From Dubosiella newyorkensis (lineage in GTDB: Bacteria > Bacillota_I > Bacilli_A > Erysipelotrichales > Erysipelotrichaceae): 32,000 bases of DNA. Numbering within the stretch: position 1 is the stretch's first letter; each line of letters opens with the position of its first letter. The position numbers and the translations under genes were made by a program. Below the pieces are notes generated by a model. That model searched no databases. It worked only from the letters and a program-made list of their open reading frames with translations, and was not told the origin of the DNA. This document shows positions 16,985 through 25,096 of the stretch, piece by piece. Location: contig NZ_MPKA01000113.1 of the NCBI RefSeq assembly GCF_001945605.1, positions 34,360 through 66,359 of the forward strand, given 5' to 3'.

Positions 16985-17048
16985 AGAACCTCCTGGCGTT
17001 CGCGCGGATCCAGATTCATGCGACTGTACACCATAAATCAACTTTCAT

Positions 17049-17948
17049 TCAAGCTTGCTCAGGATGTTTTTGCAGAAAATGAACAAGAGCCCCTTTCATT
17101 CCGGCTGCATTTTGATGACTGGCAAAGCGAATCGTGGTCGAATTGGCAATCAAGGGGATCGAAGCTTGTTTGAAGCCTTCTTCGATCCAAGGACGAAGCT
17201 TTTCTTCTTGTGACATGATCCCTCCGCCAAGCACAACGATTTGAGGATTGAGAATATAACAAAGCATCGCGATTCCTTTCCCTAATCGCTTGCCTAGCCG
17301 TTCGATTTCTTCTTGACATATCGGATCGCCTTTCGCGGATTCTTTAAAGATCCTTCGACCATTCCATCGATCTAGCTGGTCTCCTTTTCGTTCTGCGACA
17401 AAACGACATAAAGCGCTTGTTGAAGCGAGATTTTGGAATGTTTCCTCTTCAAATGGAAGATAACCGACTTCGCAAGCTGAATACGAATTGCCATGAAGCA
17501 ATCTTCCATTTTCAATGAAACAACCGCCAATGCCTGTTCCAATTGTTAAGATAAGCGCAAGACGAGCATTCTTGGCGCTGCCAGAAACGTATTCGCCAAG
17601 ACCTGCGCAATTGACATCGTTTTCTGCTTCTACAGGCAATCCAAATGGGGCAAGCGTATCTTTAAAGCTTGTTCCTGCATAATTCGGGATCGCATCGGAA
17701 GCATGAATGATACAAGCGCGATTTGTATCTACGACTCCTGCCGAAGAGATGGCGATTCCTTGAATATCGGAAACTTCTTCTAGCAGCTCTTCGCATAAGC
17801 CATATATTCTTTTTGCTAGAGCAGGACCGCCTTCAATCGCATAGGTGGGTGTTTCACGAATGAGAACGATTTCTCCATTACTGTCAAGAACTCCATATTT
17901 AATGGCTGTACCTCCAATATCAATACAGATGAATCTGTTTCTTTTCAT
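17049..17948 (-). CDS. nanK: ROK-family sugar kinase (N-acetylmannosamine kinase by context)
   Basis: Contains IDIGGTAIKYGV, ENDVNCAGLGE, GTGIGG and the ROK signature. It sits in the nan cluster. Confidence 0.8.
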   Translation of the reverse strand: MKRNRFICIDIGGTAIKYGVLDSNGEIVLIRETPTYAIEGGPALAKRIYGLCEELLEEVSDIQGIAISSAGVVDTNRACIIHASDAIPNYAGTSFKDTLAPFGLPVEAENDVNCAGLGEYVSGSAKNARLALILTIGTGIGGCFIENGRLLHGNSYSACEVGYLPFEEETFQNLASTSALCRFVAERKGDQLDRWNGRRIFKESAKGDPICQEEIERLGKRLGKGIAMLCYILNPQIVVLGGGIMSQEEKLRPWIEEGFKQASIPLIANSTTIRFASHQNAAGMKGALVHFLQKHPEQA

Positions 17949-18006
17949 AGTATATCATCTTCCTTTCTGTGTTCGGGTTTCGTTGGGTTCAAAGAGAATG
18001 AAAATA

Positions 18007-18031
18007 GGCGCCTGAATGGAATTCAAACGCC
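18007..18031 (-). terminator. Intra-operon hairpin plus U-tract between yhcH-like gene and nanK (partial terminator or processing site)
   Basis: Minus-strand RNA GGCGUUUGAAU-ucc-AUUCAGGCGCC forms 11 bp including 2 G.U pairs, followed by UAUUUUCAUU. Confidence 0.5.
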
Positions 18032-18038
18032 TGAAAAT

Positions 18039-18494
18039 TTAGCCGATGCGCACTTTGAAAATAGCTTTTCGAATTTGTTCTGGCTTTCCATCGACAGCTA
18101 TCGCTGTACGGTGTGCATCTTGCGGATAGCAGACGAGGAAATCACCAGGCCTTAAAATAGCGTGCATTCGCGCCGGACCAAAGGCGGCCTGAAAATCCTC
18201 TTCTTTTTTATATTCGCCTACTTCAAGATCTTCTAGAAAGTTGAGATCGATCTGTTCTGTTCCTTCAATTGGGACATGAACATCAAGATAGTCTTTATGT
18301 GCTTCCCAAAAACGGTTTTCCGGACTTGTCGTTGGATAGCTTACGATGTTGACGAACAATCGATTGCCATCGATTACATGGCTACCATTTTCAAGAGCAG
18401 CCAAATCGTTGTTTTCAAGATAGTCGAGAACTTCTTGCACACTAGTCTCGAGCGTTCCGTAAGAATCGGGACGTGAAGTTTTTCCATGAATCAT
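18039..18494 (-). CDS. YhcH/YjgK/YiaL (DUF386) family protein (NanQ-like sialic acid anomerase/isomerase family)
   Basis: 151 aa cupin-like protein. Contains G.H.IDG...FVN...Y.T......FE.H..Y.D.H and H.........K...K. It sits in the nan cluster. Confidence 0.8.
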   Translation of the reverse strand: MIHGKTSRPDSYGTLETSVQEVLDYLENNDLAALENGSHVIDGNRLFVNIVSYPTTSPENRFWEAHKDYLDVHVPIEGTEQIDLNFLEDLEVGEYKKEEDFQAAFGPARMHAILRPGDFLVCYPQDAHRTAIAVDGKPEQIRKAIFKVRIG

Positions 18495-18512
18495 TGTGTT
18501 TTCCTCGTTTCA

Positions 18513-20066
18513 TTAGACAGATCGCGCTCGGGATCTTTCTTTTTGTTCTTCGCTGATCAAACCTTTCTTGAAATCATGATAGACCGTAAATCGTGGAGCA
18601 GGATAAGCTTTGCCAGTTGTTTTGTTGTAGATCCAGCTTACAAGCAGTCCGACCGCTAAGCAGACGAGGATCGAAATCAAAGAATAAGACCAGATCGATA
18701 CGTCTGTCATGACATACTTGACGATGATCATTACGATCGTTGAGGCTGCAAATCCGGCAAAGGCACCTGCCGCATTGGCGGAACGGAAGAAGACGCCAAG
18801 AATAAAGATCCCAACAAGAATACCAAGAACTAGCCCCATAAAGCCGTTGAACCATTCGTAAGCGGAAGTAACGCCTCCTCCAGCAAGCACGATCGCGACG
18901 ACAATAGAGAAGATACCGACAAATAAAGATACATATTGTCCGATTTTGGTTTGTTTTTCAAAGCTAAGCTCCTTTTTCGATAAGCGGGATTGGATATCCA
19001 GCGCCCATGAAGAAGCTACGGAATTCAAACCTGTTGAAAGTGTAGATTGAGCGGCTGCATAAATGGCAGCAAGCAATAATCCGGTGATCCCAACGGGGAG
19101 TTCAAAGGCGATATAAGAAGCGAAAATCTGGTCTTGCGCGGCTGCTGGAGGTAGAGGATTTTGTTGATAGAAAACATATAATCCAGTTCCAATCAAGTAG
19201 AAAGCCGTAGCTAATCCAATCGAAAGGATACCATTTCCACGCATCATTTTGTTGAGCTTTTTCGTATCAGTCGTGGTTGTAAAGCGTTGTACGATATCTT
19301 GACTTGATACATAAGAACCAAGCGTATTAAGACCGGCTCCAAAAATCATCAAGAATACAGAATCACGAAGCAGATTGGCGTCGAAAATTGGTTGGTCTGG
19401 AGCAAGGAATTTATGCTCGGTCCAGAAGGAATTGAATACAGCGCCAATTCCGCCATCAATATTGCTCATGAGATAGATCAAGGCAAAGATAATGCCGACA
19501 ATCAAGACAGATCCTTGAATGAAGTCTGTCCACAAGACGGATTTTAAACCGCCAGTATAGGAGTAGATGATTGCGATCACTCCCATGAGGATAATGAGTA
19601 TATTTACATTGATGTTCATCAAAGAAGCGAGAACCATACAAGGTAAATACATAATGATCGACATCCGTCCGATTTGGTATACGATGAACATTAGCGCGCC
19701 TAAGATCCTTAGCGCTTTTGAGCCAAAGCGAAGCTCTAAATAGTGGTAGGCGGTATCGATGTCTAATTTTGCATACACAGGCAAGAAGAAACGGATCGCA
19801 AGGGGTATGGCAATCAACATGCCTAGCTGCGCAAACCACATGATCCAAGTACCAGCAAATGAATTACCGGCAAGCGAGAGAAATGAGATTGGGGAGAGCA
19901 GTGTCGCAAAAATCGAAACAGAAGTTACCCACCAAGGAATCGTTCCATCGCCTTTGAAATATTCTTTGCCTTTCATATCCTTTTTGGCAAAGAACAAACC
20001 CGCTATCAATACAGCGGCCAAATAAACAATCAGAATGATCAGATCAATAAATGTAAAACCCTGCAT
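18513..20066 (-). CDS. Sodium:solute symporter (SSS) family transporter, likely sialic acid transporter
   Basis: 517 aa with about 13 TM helices. SSS N-terminal pattern YF.G......W....SI.AT..S. It lies between nanA and the yhcH-like gene. Confidence 0.85.
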   Translation of the reverse strand: MQGFTFIDLIILIVYLAAVLIAGLFFAKKDMKGKEYFKGDGTIPWWVTSVSIFATLLSPISFLSLAGNSFAGTWIMWFAQLGMLIAIPLAIRFFLPVYAKLDIDTAYHYLELRFGSKALRILGALMFIVYQIGRMSIIMYLPCMVLASLMNINVNILIILMGVIAIIYSYTGGLKSVLWTDFIQGSVLIVGIIFALIYLMSNIDGGIGAVFNSFWTEHKFLAPDQPIFDANLLRDSVFLMIFGAGLNTLGSYVSSQDIVQRFTTTTDTKKLNKMMRGNGILSIGLATAFYLIGTGLYVFYQQNPLPPAAAQDQIFASYIAFELPVGITGLLLAAIYAAAQSTLSTGLNSVASSWALDIQSRLSKKELSFEKQTKIGQYVSLFVGIFSIVVAIVLAGGGVTSAYEWFNGFMGLVLGILVGIFILGVFFRSANAAGAFAGFAASTIVMIIVKYVMTDVSIWSYSLISILVCLAVGLLVSWIYNKTTGKAYPAPRFTVYHDFKKGLISEEQKERSRARSV

Positions 20067-20123
20067 AGTTGTATGTTCTCCTTTTATAATTTTTTTGGTG
20101 TTAAATTCTCAGATTGGCTGATC

Positions 20124-21041
20124 TTAGAGATATTTTGCTTTCGCGTCGCGAATCATTTTTGCCGCTTCATGAACGATTTTTTCATCGTCTTCGTTGAGTG
20201 GAGCTAAAGGAGCTGCCACGCTGCCTAGATCAAGTCCTTCGTTTTCTTTTAAGATGGCTTTGATCACCGCATACATATTACCGTGGGCTGAACACATTTT
20301 ATAAATGATATTGTTGACATCGTATTGAATGGCTTTCGCTAGATCCCAGTCACGGGCTTCAAGGGCTTCATTCATTTTTAGGAACAATTCAGGCATAACT
20401 CCGTATGTGCCGCCAATGCCGCCTTTGGCTCCCATAAGCCGCCCAGAAATGAATTGCTCATCTGGTCCATTGAATACGATGTAATCTTCTCCGCCATCAT
20501 TGACAAACATTTGAATGTCCTGTACAGGCATTGAAGAGTTTTTTACGCCAATCACACGAGGATTCTTTCTCATTTCGGCATAGAGCGAAGGGGTCAAAGC
20601 CACACCAGCTAATTGTGGGATGTTGTAAATCACAAAATCTGTATTTGGGGCAGCATCTGAAATATCGTTCCAATATTTAGCGATGCTGTGGTCTGGCAGT
20701 TTGAAGTAGATCGGAGGAATGGATGCGATCGCATCAACACCTAAAGATTCGGCATGCTTAGCAAGCTCTTGGCTTTCTTGAGTGGAGTTGCAAGCCACAT
20801 GGGCGATGACGGTTAAGGAACCATCGTTGGCGGCCATGACGTTTTCAAGTACGATTTTTCTTTGTTCAGGCGTCAAGTAGATACACTCTCCACTTGAACC
20901 GTTAACATAGACACCTTTGACTCCTTTGTTAATGAAATAACGAGTCAAATCTTGCACGGCTTTAGGACTGATTTCACCATTTTCATCAAAACAAGCATAA
21001 AACGCAGGAATAACACCTTGGTATTTACTTAAATCTCTCAT
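20124..21041 (-). CDS. nanA: N-acetylneuraminate lyase
   Basis: DHDPS/NAL family: GVYVNGSSGE, Schiff-base Lys in IGVKNSS, and GGIGGTYG. Size is 305 aa. RBS is AAGGAG. Confidence 0.92.
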   Translation of the reverse strand: MRDLSKYQGVIPAFYACFDENGEISPKAVQDLTRYFINKGVKGVYVNGSSGECIYLTPEQRKIVLENVMAANDGSLTVIAHVACNSTQESQELAKHAESLGVDAIASIPPIYFKLPDHSIAKYWNDISDAAPNTDFVIYNIPQLAGVALTPSLYAEMRKNPRVIGVKNSSMPVQDIQMFVNDGGEDYIVFNGPDEQFISGRLMGAKGGIGGTYGVMPELFLKMNEALEARDWDLAKAIQYDVNNIIYKMCSAHGNMYAVIKAILKENEGLDLGSVAAPLAPLNEDDEKIVHEAAKMIRDAKAKYL

Positions 21042-21473
21042 ACTATTTCTCCTTATTTTCTATTTTTAGCCGAAATGTTTTGTGATCAGCTGTGGTCGAA
21101 TGATGATGTTTCCACCCGCGATAAAAGAGTGTTCTCGAGAAATGACTCGACAAATTTTTATGGGGTAGCCATATTGCCTTCAGCAATGCTAGGTACGTTT
21201 CATACAAAGCCTCTTTGATCGTAGAACAGTCAGTCATCGATCTGTTGTTAAAGGATCCGAATCCAAAATTCATAAGTCTCTTTGATGTGACTAGTGATTG
21301 AAAAATCAACTTCATTTCCGATGGCTTAGATGTCTTTGACTGAGTTGACATGGATTCCTTTGTTCTTCTCTACAGCGCCGCAAGAGTCTGGTAAGGAACG
21401 GATCGCTGACGGCTTTTTAGGACATCCATATCTTTTGTGCTCATCAATTCGCTCTTTTCTGATTACAGTTGTG

Positions 21474-21501
21474 AGTATACACGAAAAGAAATCGCTTTCA
21501 A
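21474..21501 (-). promoter_or_regulatory. Candidate nan operon promoter overlapped by a cre (CcpA) site
   Basis: The minus strand reads TTGAAA (21501-21496), a 16-nt spacer ending in TG, then TATACT (21479-21474). The 15-mer TTGAAAGCGATTTCT (21501-21487) fits the cre consensus WTGNAANCGNWNNCW at every constrained position. Confidence 0.5.
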
Positions 21502-21667
21502 AATAATTTATAAAAATAGAATGTACTTTCATAAATAGGAGAAATGTGGAGAATAAACGAAATGTAAACCCTTACAAATTGAAATTAATTTCTGATCAAA
21601 TCGCTTTTATTGTAAGTAAATTTTTGCTATAGGAGGAAAAGAAAATAAAAAAAGAAATAGAGCTCTG

Positions 21668-22447
21668 CTATTTCTGGATAATTTCATAAAGGTCGTTTCG
21701 CCGCTGTTCCCATAAAGGCATTCGTTCTCGAATTGTATCGACATAGTTAGGATCTATAGAAACAGATGCGATTTCTTGTTCATTCTTCATTTCATATATA
21801 CATCTTCCGAAGGGGTCGATGATCATAGAGTGTCCATACATGTTACAATTCTTCGCTCGATAATAAGGAGAAACGCCGACAACGAAGATCTCGTTTTCGA
21901 TCGCACGAGCCTTTAAAAGCGCTTCCCAATGAAGGGGTCCTACTTGATCGTTGAAGGCGGCAGGCACAAAGAGGATCCGGATCCCTTTTTGAGCTAAGAT
22001 CCGTGTCAGCTCTGGGAATCGTATATCATAACAAATCACGATCCCGCAACGGATCCCATTCAAATCAAAGGTACAAAACGAGTTTCCAAGTTCGAATACG
22101 TCGCTTTCTTTGTATTCCTTTTTCGCTCGTACATGTAAAAGATGCATTTTCGCATAGGCAGCGATTTCTTTTCCTTGTGGATCGAAGATGAAGCACATAT
22201 TTTTATGCTTCGAAGCGATAGTTCCACCGACTACATAGACATGGTTCTTTTTCGCTAAACACGATAATCTATCATAAAGGTCTTGGGCATAGTTTTCGCT
22301 TTGAGCGATCATTCCATTCTCGAAATAGGTCGCGAACAATTCAGGCAACACGATCACATTCGTGTCATTGACTTCTATGTCTTGAAGATGTTGGATGTTT
22401 TTTCGAATCGAAGCTTGCGTGTGAAATTGGATCATCGTGATCTTCAT
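21668..22447 (-). CDS. Carbon-nitrogen hydrolase (nitrilase superfamily, omega-amidase-like)
   Basis: Glu-Lys-Cys triad context: VLPELF, YAKMHL, ICYDIRFPE. Size is 259 aa. Its start overlaps the stop of the upstream HAD gene (ATGA). Confidence 0.88.
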   Translation of the reverse strand: MKITMIQFHTQASIRKNIQHLQDIEVNDTNVIVLPELFATYFENGMIAQSENYAQDLYDRLSCLAKKNHVYVVGGTIASKHKNMCFIFDPQGKEIAAYAKMHLLHVRAKKEYKESDVFELGNSFCTFDLNGIRCGIVICYDIRFPELTRILAQKGIRILFVPAAFNDQVGPLHWEALLKARAIENEIFVVGVSPYYRAKNCNMYGHSMIIDPFGRCIYEMKNEQEIASVSIDPNYVDTIRERMPLWEQRRNDLYEIIQK

Positions 22448-23232
22448 AAGATCCCCCTTTCTTTTAAAAAATCATAAATGCCCCCTACCTTGACGCTAGG
22501 GACATGGTTGGAGATCTTGGCTAAGATCCGGGGATCGCCATCTTCCATGGCGCCTGCTAAAGAAGCGTGTTGGAGCATTTCTAGATCGTTGAGCGCGTCT
22601 CCAAAAGCCATATAGGCCCTCGGATCGAAACCAAAATGTCGCATTAAAAGACGAATACCATGATATTTGCTGAGTCCTTTTTTCATAATGTCGACCGACA
22701 ACAAATTATAAAGGACTTGCACATTTGGAATGGACTCATAATCGCGACGTTTGGCTTGCGTGTCTTCGACACATAAAGAAATAATACAAAAAGCGTCTTC
22801 TTTTTTCGGTGCGCGGCATGGGATATTGACGCAAGAAACTTTATGGAGCAACTCAAGCGTGATTGGATCTTCTTGGGTGATCAAAGCACAATTGCCGGCC
22901 GCAAAGATACCGATGTTTTCTTTTGAAGCTAGCTTGAAGATCGCATCCGCGCTCTTTTTTGAAATCGGGTCTTCAAAAAGAGGATGAAGATCTTGATCAT
23001 ACACATATGAGCCATTCCCTGCGACGATTCCGTCCCAAGGAAAGAGGGAGAGGATCTTTAAATTTTCAAGAAGAGGAAGCGCGCGTCCTGTGCATAGGCA
23101 GACTTTGATGCCTTTTTGATGAAGCAGCTCAAGCATTCTTTGATGCTTATCAGGAATTTGATGGGCTTGATGATCATATAGGGTGCCGTCGATATCAAAG
23201 AAGGCGGCTTTGATCGAATTTTGTTCTTTCAT
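22444..23232 (-). CDS. Cof-type HAD-IIB phosphatase
   Basis: Motif I FFDIDGTL, motif IV GDALNDLEM, and a cap region typical of the Cof subfamily. Confidence 0.88.
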   Translation of the reverse strand: MKEQNSIKAAFFDIDGTLYDHQAHQIPDKHQRMLELLHQKGIKVCLCTGRALPLLENLKILSLFPWDGIVAGNGSYVYDQDLHPLFEDPISKKSADAIFKLASKENIGIFAAGNCALITQEDPITLELLHKVSCVNIPCRAPKKEDAFCIISLCVEDTQAKRRDYESIPNVQVLYNLLSVDIMKKGLSKYHGIRLLMRHFGFDPRAYMAFGDALNDLEMLQHASLAGAMEDGDPRILAKISNHVPSVKVGGIYDFLKERGIL

Positions 23233-23380
23233 GATTCAATCCTAGCAGAAATCAATGAAAGACTAAATAGGCAAGATAGAAAAGGAAAGGAATAAATGTA
23301 TATGTGATTTTGTTGTTATGTATAGACAAATAAAACCTCTTAGGATTATAATGAGATTATAGAAAAGAGGGATGATGTAA

Positions 23381-24346
23381 ATGTCGATCATTAAATTGGC
23401 CCCTGCGTTTAAAGATTATCTTTGGGGCGGAACGAAACTGAAGGAAAAATATGGTAAAGTCACGGATATGGATCCTCTAGCTGAAAGCTGGGAATTATCC
23501 GTCCACAAAGATGGACCTAGCACAGTTGTGAGTGGTGAAGATGCCGGCTTGACGTTTACGCAATATTTAGAGCGAAAAGGAAGAGAAATACTAGGAACGA
23601 ATTGTGAACGCTTCGATCGATTCCCAATCTTGATCAAATTCATCGATGCCTTACAACCATTATCGATCCAAGTGCACCCAGATAATGAATACGCACTTCG
23701 TGTCGAAGGCGAATATGGAAAGACGGAAATGTGGTATATTTTGGATTGTGATCCAGGATCGACTTTGTATTTTGGTGTCAATCAGCCAATTTCTAAAGAA
23801 GAATTTAGAGAGCGTATCGAAAACAACACGCTTTTAGAAGTGTTGAAGGAAGTGCCGGTCCACAAAGGCGATGTATTCTTTATCAAAGCCGGCACGCTTC
23901 ATGCGATCGGTGGCGGTATTCAAATTTGCGAGATCCAGCAAAATTCGAACACGACGTATCGCGTTTATGATTTTGGACGTGTTGGAAAAGATGGAAAGCC
24001 TAGAGAACTTCATATCGACAAGGCGATCGATGTATCGAACTTGAACCCGATCGATTCGGATTTCAAAGCATGTGGTCCGCGGTTCATCACAAAGGATGCG
24101 GAAACGCAAATGCTGGCAACTTGTGAAAACTTTACGACATTTGAAACAAGTTTGGATGGAACAATCGAGATCGATGTGAATGAAAAATCATTTGGTTCTA
24201 TCATCGTTGTAGAAGGAAGCTGCACGATCGAAAATAATGGCACAGTGATCGAAGCGATGAAAGGGGATTCGATCTTTGCGGATGCAGGAAGCGGTCTTGT
24301 GAAGATCAGCGGTAAATGTCAATATATTTATACATGTGAAGTATAA
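23381..24346 (+). CDS. manA: Mannose-6-phosphate isomerase, class I (Firmicutes type)
   Basis: Contains WGGTKLKE, SIQVHPD, GKTEMWYIL, GTLHAIGGG, EIQQNSNTTYRVYDFGR and a C-terminal cupin domain. Confidence 0.92.
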   Translation: MSIIKLAPAFKDYLWGGTKLKEKYGKVTDMDPLAESWELSVHKDGPSTVVSGEDAGLTFTQYLERKGREILGTNCERFDRFPILIKFIDALQPLSIQVHPDNEYALRVEGEYGKTEMWYILDCDPGSTLYFGVNQPISKEEFRERIENNTLLEVLKEVPVHKGDVFFIKAGTLHAIGGGIQICEIQQNSNTTYRVYDFGRVGKDGKPRELHIDKAIDVSNLNPIDSDFKACGPRFITKDAETQMLATCENFTTFETSLDGTIEIDVNEKSFGSIIVVEGSCTIENNGTVIEAMKGDSIFADAGSGLVKISGKCQYIYTCEV

Positions 24347-24353
24347 AACCTAT

Positions 24354-24394
24354 AAAAACTGTTGGCCTATCGGATATGGTTGACAGTTTTTTTT
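24354..24394 (+). terminator. Rho-independent terminator after manA
   Basis: AAAAACTGTTGGCCTATC pairs with GATATGGTTGACAGTTTTT (includes G.U pairs) and is followed by a T-run. Confidence 0.8.
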
Positions 24395-24418
24395 GTCGAT
24401 TTTTTTAGAAAAGAAGAT

Positions 24419-24440
24419 TATGATATGACTATATATCATA
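24419..24440. promoter_or_regulatory. Palindrome immediately upstream of hxlA (candidate operator)
   Basis: TATGATAT (24419-24426), a 6-nt spacer, then ATATCATA (24433-24440). It ends 3 nt before the AAGGAGAGG RBS of hxlA. Confidence 0.45.
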
Positions 24441-24454
24441 TAAAGGAGAGGGTT

Positions 24455-25084
24455 ATGAAACTACAAGCAGCATTAGATACGCTTACGCTAGAAAAATGTG
24501 AAGAATTGCTGGAAAAGGCAGGAAATTCCATTGATATTGCCGAAGTGGGAACGCCATTTATTTTAAAAGAAGGCATGGTTCCGGTACAGGCTTTAAAAAA
24601 GCGGTTTCCAGACATTCTTGTATTGGCGGATACGAAAATCATGGATGCTGGCGAATACGAGGCGGAAGGATGCTTTAAAAGAGGAGCCGACATCGTGACT
24701 GTATTAGGAGTCAGCTATGATGAAACGATCGAAGGTGTCGTAAAAGCCGCAAAAAAGTATGGAAAGCAAGTGATGGTGGATATGATTGGCGTAAAAGACT
24801 TAGCGAAACGAAGCGAAGAAGTCGATCAAATGGGAGTCGATTATATTTGTGTTCATACTGCTTTTGATATTCAAGAAACGGGTCAACAAGATCCTTTGGA
24901 AGATTTGAAGATCGTCAACCAAGTGATCAAGAACGCAAAAAGCGCCGTAGCTGGAGGAGTTAAGCTGCAAACTTTGGATGCGATCGTTCAAGAAGGCGCG
25001 GAAATCATCGTAGTGGGTGGAGCGATCTGCAATGCCGAAGATCCAAGCAATATGGCCAAAGCGATGAAAGAAAGAATGATCTAG
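24455..25084 (+). CDS. hxlA: 3-hexulose-6-phosphate synthase
   Basis: Colinear with my memory of B. subtilis HxlA: LQ.ALD, EVGTP, VLAD.K.MDA, GADIVT, VDMI.VK, GVDYICVH, AGG.K and IVVGG.I. The start is set to ATG 24455 because of the strong RBS. The track start at 24362 lies inside the manA terminator. Confidence 0.9.
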   Translation: MKLQAALDTLTLEKCEELLEKAGNSIDIAEVGTPFILKEGMVPVQALKKRFPDILVLADTKIMDAGEYEAEGCFKRGADIVTVLGVSYDETIEGVVKAAKKYGKQVMVDMIGVKDLAKRSEEVDQMGVDYICVHTAFDIQETGQQDPLEDLKIVNQVIKNAKSAVAGGVKLQTLDAIVQEGAEIIVVGGAICNAEDPSNMAKAMKERMI

Positions 25085-25096
25085 AAGGAGTTTAAG

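Noticed and set aside
18574-20025. ORFs of 88-130 aa overlapping the SSS transporter gene in other frames
   Set aside because: The transporter frame is continuous and typical of the SSS family. The alternatives are Arg/Cys/His-rich translations without start signals.
21043-21351. Possible tyrosine-recombinase or IS remnant: ...GWKHHHSTTADHKTF superficially recalls the LGHSSISTT..Y.H box of integrases
   Set aside because: - The preceding H.LRH box is not present at the right spacing.
- There are no flanking repeats or other recombinase motifs.
- A comparison with NanE from memory also failed.
- The region is kept only as an unexplained leader in the findings.
24362-24454. N-terminal extension of hxlA proposed by the ORF track (start 24362)
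   Set aside because: - The extension begins inside the manA terminator hairpin and encodes non-conserved residues.
- A strong AAGGAGAGG RBS precedes ATG 24455, which restores the canonical HxlA N-terminus (MKLQAALD).
- The same logic was applied to track starts 6304, 6605, 17041, 27592 and 30810.
24455-25084. Alternative call of the OMPDC-fold gene as 3-keto-L-gulonate-6-phosphate decarboxylase (UlaD/SgbH)
   Set aside because: - It is paired with a SIS-domain protein that matches HxlB motif for motif.
- It is colinear with B. subtilis HxlA from memory.
- No ula or sga transport or epimerase genes are nearby.
- HPS and KGPDC are homologous, so only biochemistry is decisive.
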